Below, piece after piece: positions 30,950 to 35,809 of a stretch of DNA of 35,809 nucleotides. The notes under the pieces were generated by a model. It had not been told where the DNA came from and searched no databases. It saw only the letters and a program-made list of their open reading frames with translations. Numbering within the stretch: the first letter of the stretch is position 1; the number at the start of each line of letters is the position of its first letter. This DNA comes from Candidatus Cloacimonadota bacterium (GTDB lineage: Bacteria > Cloacimonadota > Cloacimonadia > Cloacimonadales > JAOZMQ01), in the NCBI GenBank assembly GCA_029934195.1, contig JAOZMQ010000001.1, positions 1 through 35,809 on the forward strand, given 5' to 3'. Both the position numbers and the translations under genes were made by a program.

Positions 30950-31744
30950 TTAAAATTCAAATGCACTTATTATTGATTCAGATCCTGATTTTTTATCATT
31001 ATCATCACCAAAAGCATCAACTCGCCAATAATATTTTCCATTAGATAATTCTGATTTAGGGAAGCTATATTCAACCCAAGGAAATTGCGGATCAGTGTCT
31101 GTTATAGACTCAGATTTTACTATAGAAAGTTCTCCGTTTTGATCATTTTTATCAAAAATCAGAAAAAGATATTTCGAAATACCGCTTATAGTTCCCCATT
31201 GAAAAATTAAACTATCAGGATTAACATCAGAAAATCCAGATAAATTTGGCTTTTCTTCTAATCTATAGCAAACAGTATCCGAAAAAGTACTATTCCCAGC
31301 ACGATCAAAGACTTCAATGTAGTAAAACCAGTCATTATATAAAGCAGTTCCTGAATGTTTATTAAATTTATCAATATAAAAATTATCGTTACTGATTATT
31401 ACAGAATCAACAAATGTAGAATCTACAATTCCTGAAAACTCCTCACGATAACGATAAACTCTATAAAATTCAAGATCTGTATCCTCGTTTAAATCTTTCC
31501 ACATTATACGAATCCAATCACCACCAGAGACTGCATCTATACCATTATTCTCATCTGTTATTAATGCGTTATTCCCCCAATAATCTGTTTGAGAATTACC
31601 ATCAAAATCTCCAAGATGTGGTACCATTTCTGCTTTTTGAGGAGGAGTTGTATCGACAAGAACAGAATCTTCTCCTGCACAGGAAATCAAGAAAAGACTG
31701 TAAAAAACAATCATTATTATGAGAGATGCTTGTATTTTTTTCAT
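30950..31744 (-). CDS. Hypothetical lipoprotein, probably two Ig/FN3-like beta-sandwich domains
   Basis: The signal peptide has the lipobox LISCAG. The repeated pattern of aromatic-rich beta-strand motifs (YRVYRY..., YYWRVDAFG) suggests the domains. AAGGAG lies upstream. Confidence 0.6.
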   Translation of the reverse strand: MKKIQASLIIMIVFYSLFLISCAGEDSVLVDTTPPQKAEMVPHLGDFDGNSQTDYWGNNALITDENNGIDAVSGGDWIRIMWKDLNEDTDLEFYRVYRYREEFSGIVDSTFVDSVIISNDNFYIDKFNKHSGTALYNDWFYYIEVFDRAGNSTFSDTVCYRLEEKPNLSGFSDVNPDSLIFQWGTISGISKYLFLIFDKNDQNGELSIVKSESITDTDPQFPWVEYSFPKSELSNGKYYWRVDAFGDDNDKKSGSESIISAFEF

Positions 31745-31755
31745 TTTAATTCTCC

Positions 31756-32763
31756 TTAAAAAAATATTTGCAGATTTACTCTGTTTGTATTACCAAGATT
31801 ATTTGCAATCAGTGCATAATTAATTTCAACTTTCGATAATCTGACACCTGCACCTGTAGAAAAGTTGGAATCATTTGAACCAATTCTAAAGAAAACAGCG
31901 TCATTGTAATTGTATTCTAAACCATAATGTTTTTCAGTATCATATACATAATCAAAATCATAAACAAATGTGATTTCAGACTTAATAAATGGTAAAGGTT
32001 GAACTATTGCAATGCCAGATTTTGTATTCATAAGGATTTCATCTTCATGTTCACTTGCAGTATCCCAACCAATGACAGTTCCTCCAATATCCTGAAAATT
32101 TACACCATAGATCAATTTACCGAGCCAATCAACATCAAGAAGAATTCCCATATCAGTTTTAATCAAAAAAGAAAAATCAAACCCAACCCCAGAGCCAATA
32201 TTTTCATGTAGTTTTCTTTTGATGTATTTAACATTCCCTCCAAAATGAAAATCTGCCGGTAGCTTAAAAAACGACCAACCAAAATTCAAATCATGATTAA
32301 TGTGTTTAGAAAAGGCAAACTGAAAAACATCATCTATGCTTTTAAAATAATCGTCTGGTGTTCCAGGTAATTCTAACCAATAAAAAGTCAATCTCTGATC
32401 AAGAGTGGTATTGGTCATATGAGATTCCAAAAAAACTGGAATATCATCAATTTCAAGGCGTTTCCAACTTGTAGCAATTGTAACGTCATTTGGTAAAGGT
32501 TTTGCAAAAGTAATTGAATTATAAGTTGCTAAACCTTCATACAGAATAGACATCATTAAGGAAACTTCATTTTTACGAATCTGAGATAATCCGGCAGCAT
32601 TCCAATAAATTGCCGAACAATTATCCGCTTTGCCAACAAAAGCTGATCCCATGCCAAGAGCTTCAACTCCCTGACCGATTGAGAGAAAATCTCCAGCATA
32701 TTTTCCAGCGTGTAAAACGGAAAATATCATCACAATCGTTATTGCTATTATTATCTTTTTCAT
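31756..32763 (-). CDS. Outer-membrane beta-barrel protein, PorV/PorQ (FadL-like) family candidate
   Basis: It has a signal peptide. The N-terminal motif ALGMGSAFVGKADNCSAIYWNAAGL matches the GMGGAF..ADD.SA...NPAGL signature of PorV/FadL-like barrels. Alternating beta-strand patterns and a C-terminal aromatic residue (NLQIFF) are present. I prefer the ATG at 32763, preceded by GAGG; the ORF-track start at 32775 is GTG. Confidence 0.55.
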   Translation of the reverse strand: MKKIIIAITIVMIFSVLHAGKYAGDFLSIGQGVEALGMGSAFVGKADNCSAIYWNAAGLSQIRKNEVSLMMSILYEGLATYNSITFAKPLPNDVTIATSWKRLEIDDIPVFLESHMTNTTLDQRLTFYWLELPGTPDDYFKSIDDVFQFAFSKHINHDLNFGWSFFKLPADFHFGGNVKYIKRKLHENIGSGVGFDFSFLIKTDMGILLDVDWLGKLIYGVNFQDIGGTVIGWDTASEHEDEILMNTKSGIAIVQPLPFIKSEITFVYDFDYVYDTEKHYGLEYNYNDAVFFRIGSNDSNFSTGAGVRLSKVEINYALIANNLGNTNRVNLQIFF

Positions 32764-32774
32764 TCTGAACCTCA

Positions 32775-35700
32775 CTATTTTAAGATTGCCATTTTTTCAA
32801 TTTTCTTAATTGTTTTATTCTTTTTCTTTGCAGTAATTCTATAAAAATACACACCGTTTGCAAGTTCAAAACCTTTATCGTCTTTGCAATCCCAGCCGTA
32901 TTTAGTTCTTGGATATTCATGATAGCCAACTTCAACTGGTAAATTCTTAAATTGCTTTACTAATCTGCCAGTAACAGTATAAACTTTAATACTCACCTCA
33001 TCTGCATCGTCAGTCAAAATATACATAAATCTTGTCCGACCTTGATTGTCCGGATCAATTGTTTTTATAGATACAGGATTAGGATAATTTGCAAGATTGA
33101 GAATATCAAATTTATCATTTACTACGAAATCAATATTATTTTCTGAGACATTACCGTTTACATCTGTACAAGATAGAATCAAATCATATTCTCCAGCAGG
33201 TAAATTTAGTTGATATTTAATCGGAATATTTATTAGTTCTCCTTTTGCCACAGAAAGAGAATATTCACTCGGGTCGAGAAGTTCCATATTCAAGAAAATT
33301 TGAATCGGATTGTCAAACATATCAATTCCATTTGCATCAGAAAAAACAAAAGAGACAATACCGGTCCCTGAAATATATTTACCATAAGGACGTTTTTGAG
33401 TCTCCTCATCTTCATTTTGCGGAACATCAAAAGAAAATTCTTGATTTTCAACATTAGCTTCAATAGAAGGAGCAATTATATCTGTATTAATAAATAAAGA
33501 ATAAATCCCAGCTTTTTTTACGTTTGCTACAACTTTACCTTCAGCAAGAACAATTTGCCCACCCTGATAAATCCATTTCTTATAAAATTTCTCCCATCTA
33601 TAAACGTTTAGCTGTTGGTTAGTTGCAGATAAATTTGTCAAACTGTCAGCTGTATTATAAAAGAAATTTATTGTAAACTTTTTATTATCAATCAATAAAC
33701 CGGTAGTATCAACAAAAACACTTTCGTCCAATAAACCAATTTCATAAAAACAATTACTTTGTTCATCGGATAGATTAGTAGAAATTATATCCGGTTGATT
33801 TATTTTTTCATCAACTTCCGTTTTATTTATGTAAACAATGGAATTTTCAGATAATCCCGTTTGCGAGAAATTAGCGACAACATTTTCATCTAAACTGCTT
33901 ATCTCGTAATTTTCATTATTTATGAGATTCATGTTTATCAAAAAAGAAATATCTATCACATTATCATCATATTTTTCTTCAGTAAAAGATTCATCTTGAT
34001 TAACAACTATTTTAAATTGAATATCACCTTGAGCTACCGGTAAAGGTATAATCTCCCACCTTTTATCAAGCGAAGCGAGAGGTTCTATCATCTCATCAAC
34101 AAAAAGTACCATTTTCTGTGAAATTCCTTTCGCTTTATATATTTTTAAATCACATACTGGCGAAGCAAGACTACCAAGATTTTCGATTAGAATTTTAAGT
34201 GCCGGTTGTTGCTCAAATTGTGTAAGTTGCACATTGACCAAATTCAATTGTGCACCTTCTACTGTGTAATGGTACATTTCCGAAGTAAAGAATTTTTCGG
34301 AAGTATATACTTTAAATTTAAAGCTAACATAAGAACCAGCACTAAAAGCTGGAATTTTTGAATCTATCACAAACTTCTTCAAAACAGAATTATATGTCAT
34401 TGGGATAAACATTTCTGGAATATTGCCATATTGAATAACATGACAAGTAACTGATTCAATTTCTTCATCAGCAAAGATTTCTACAGATATTTCAATAGAA
34501 TCTTTTTCTGTTGGAATAATAGGGTTAATGGATACATTATTAACACATTCTTCTCCGGATGAGAAGAAAACCATACCTGTTTTTTCTTCAATATTATTAC
34601 TAACAACCGCCTTAACAAACCACGTATATGATTCTTCAGTATTTGGAGGAATGATGAACTCATAATTTATTTCACCATTTATGACAGGAAGATTGTACGG
34701 CAGATTAAGACTTTTTTCGTTTTCATTGCAGACAAATATCTTGCCCACAAACATATCAGAACCTGCTTTTACAGTGATGCGTAAAGTGTCACCGGTAACA
34801 ACAATATTTTTATCCAACTCAATATCAATTTTTTCTGTTGGCAAATCCATTTTTATCATTGGATCACCTAAAATAACACAACATTTAGTCAATGCTTCTC
34901 TGGCATGACCACCGCCTTGAGAATAAAATTTTGCAACAGTAAACAAAGTAGATTCACCAACATTTCCATATTTCTTATCAAAAATTGCTTCTGTCAAATG
35001 CCGTCCAAAATACTCATCAGCATACAAATAACCTAATCCTGAAAAACCAAGATGACAAATTGCTCCGCGTTCTGGTTCAAGAATAAATGCCTCTCCGATA
35101 CAGGCTCCACCATTGGTGTCAAAAGCTGATGCATAACAAGCAAGACTGGACACAAAAGGTAAATTATCATTTGTAAGTGTTTTAATATCATTATAATTAA
35201 GAAGATTATAATCAGCCCAAATACGTCCTCCACCATGCCCCATAAATTGTAAGAACATTGTTCCATTATCAAATTCATCTTTTAGGGTAGAAGTAGAGCC
35301 TTTAAAATCTGAGCTTACTGTAGAAGTTGCAGTATAAACTCTGTTTACTTTGTAATCTTCAGGAATCCAATGTTTCCGAATTCTTTCACTTTGTACTGCG
35401 AAAATATCATAATCATCTGAAGATTTACCACCGGCAGCAAGTGTAACATGTGAATGCCAATGATCGTCATAATTTGGTTCTGTAATATATTTTAATGTTT
35501 TTTGTGCAACCGGTAAAATTTGTTCGGCTTCCCAAACATTGATTCTTGAAATACTTATATCAGGAACTGGATCGTCTCCTACAATAGAGACAAACCAATT
35601 ATCAGAAGCAGTTGCACCATGTTTATAAGTCCAAACATAACGTGTGGGTATAATGTTATATTTTCTTGAAGTACTAAAATCTCTTTCATCAAAGGTTCCA

Positions 35701-35809
35701 TCTCCCAAAAGTAAAACATGAGAAATTCTTTCAGTTCCACCGGATCCTGCATAATTCCAATTATTGTAAGCATATTTAAGGAAATCTCGGATTGCCTCAG
35801 ACGATCTGA
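32775..35809 (-). CDS. Peptidase C25 (gingipain-like) family protein with Ig-like repeats and a T9SS/FlgD-Ig-type C-terminal sorting domain; 5' end lies outside the window
   Basis: The reading frame stays open from the ORF-track TTG at 35708 to the window edge (..SSEAIRDFLKYAYNNWNYAGSGGTERISHVLLLGDGTFDE). A candidate catalytic His is in FMGHGGG and a candidate Cys in VSSLACYAS. The C-terminus is NYPNPV...VSIKVYTVTGRLV...GVYFYRI. Confidence 0.85.
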   Translation of the reverse strand, partial: RSSEAIRDFLKYAYNNWNYAGSGGTERISHVLLLGDGTFDERDFSTSRKYNIIPTRYVWTYKHGATASDNWFVSIVGDDPVPDISISRINVWEAEQILPVAQKTLKYITEPNYDDHWHSHVTLAAGGKSSDDYDIFAVQSERIRKHWIPEDYKVNRVYTATSTVSSDFKGSTSTLKDEFDNGTMFLQFMGHGGGRIWADYNLLNYNDIKTLTNDNLPFVSSLACYASAFDTNGGACIGEAFILEPERGAICHLGFSGLGYLYADEYFGRHLTEAIFDKKYGNVGESTLFTVAKFYSQGGGHAREALTKCCVILGDPMIKMDLPTEKIDIELDKNIVVTGDTLRITVKAGSDMFVGKIFVCNENEKSLNLPYNLPVINGEINYEFIIPPNTEESYTWFVKAVVSNNIEEKTGMVFFSSGEECVNNVSINPIIPTEKDSIEISVEIFADEEIESVTCHVIQYGNIPEMFIPMTYNSVLKKFVIDSKIPAFSAGSYVSFKFKVYTSEKFFTSEMYHYTVEGAQLNLVNVQLTQFEQQPALKILIENLGSLASPVCDLKIYKAKGISQKMVLFVDEMIEPLASLDKRWEIIPLPVAQGDIQFKIVVNQDESFTEEKYDDNVIDISFLINMNLINNENYEISSLDENVVANFSQTGLSENSIVYINKTEVDEKINQPDIISTNLSDEQSNCFYEIGLLDESVFVDTTGLLIDNKKFTINFFYNTADSLTNLSATNQQLNVYRWEKFYKKWIYQGGQIVLAEGKVVANVKKAGIYSLFINTDIIAPSIEANVENQEFSFDVPQNEDEETQKRPYGKYISGTGIVSFVFSDANGIDMFDNPIQIFLNMELLDPSEYSLSVAKGELINIPIKYQLNLPAGEYDLILSCTDVNGNVSENNIDFVVNDKFDILNLANYPNPVSIKTIDPDNQGRTRFMYILTDDADEVSIKVYTVTGRLVKQFKNLPVEVGYHEYPRTKYGWDCKDDKGFELANGVYFYRITAKKKNKTIKKIEKMAILK

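Overview
This is a visibly AT-rich 35.8-kb bacterial chromosomal segment (about 30% GC by eye, not computed). I call 37 protein-coding genes, and 35 of them are on the minus strand; only nrdD-nrdG are on plus. I recognised no rRNA, tRNA, CRISPR array, transposase or integrase. Most of the window is housekeeping. This includes rpsP-KH-rimM-trmD-SPOUT-rplS, ffh, rpe, ispE-prs-rplY-pth-rpsF-ssb-rpsR-(membrane)-rplI, the class III RNR genes nrdDG, an RlmD-like methyltransferase, a GT2 polyprenol-phosphate mannosyltransferase, rfbC and a DAHP synthase. Class III RNR, a C25 (gingipain-like) protein with a T9SS/FlgD-Ig-type C-terminal domain, and the low GC suggest an uncultured anaerobe of the FCB/Cloacimonadota-like radiation; this is inference only. 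Six things stand out. (1) Two translationally coupled, divergent phosphoglycerate-kinase-family paralogs both replace the canonical substrate-binding AHRAH motif with SWQPH. (2) A 653-aa fusion joins a GT-B-like domain (HGFGHATR motif) to a Ppx/GppA ASKHA domain, next to the DAHP synthase. (3) A cell-envelope cluster runs C25-like CTD protein, PorV/FadL-like beta-barrel, FN3-like lipoprotein, short OPX (Wza-like), then a Wzc-like BY-kinase. (4) The BY-kinase tyrosine cluster is encoded by a perfect (TAT)10 microsatellite that overlaps the ispE start region. (5) A nested palindromic tandem repeat lies in the convergent nrdG/pgk-like intergenic region. (6) A hairpin-containing element of about 45 nt is present in inverted copies at 1-45 and 9101-9150. 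No clear defence, toxin or mobile system was seen. All functional calls rest on motif recognition by eye and need HMM or structure confirmation.
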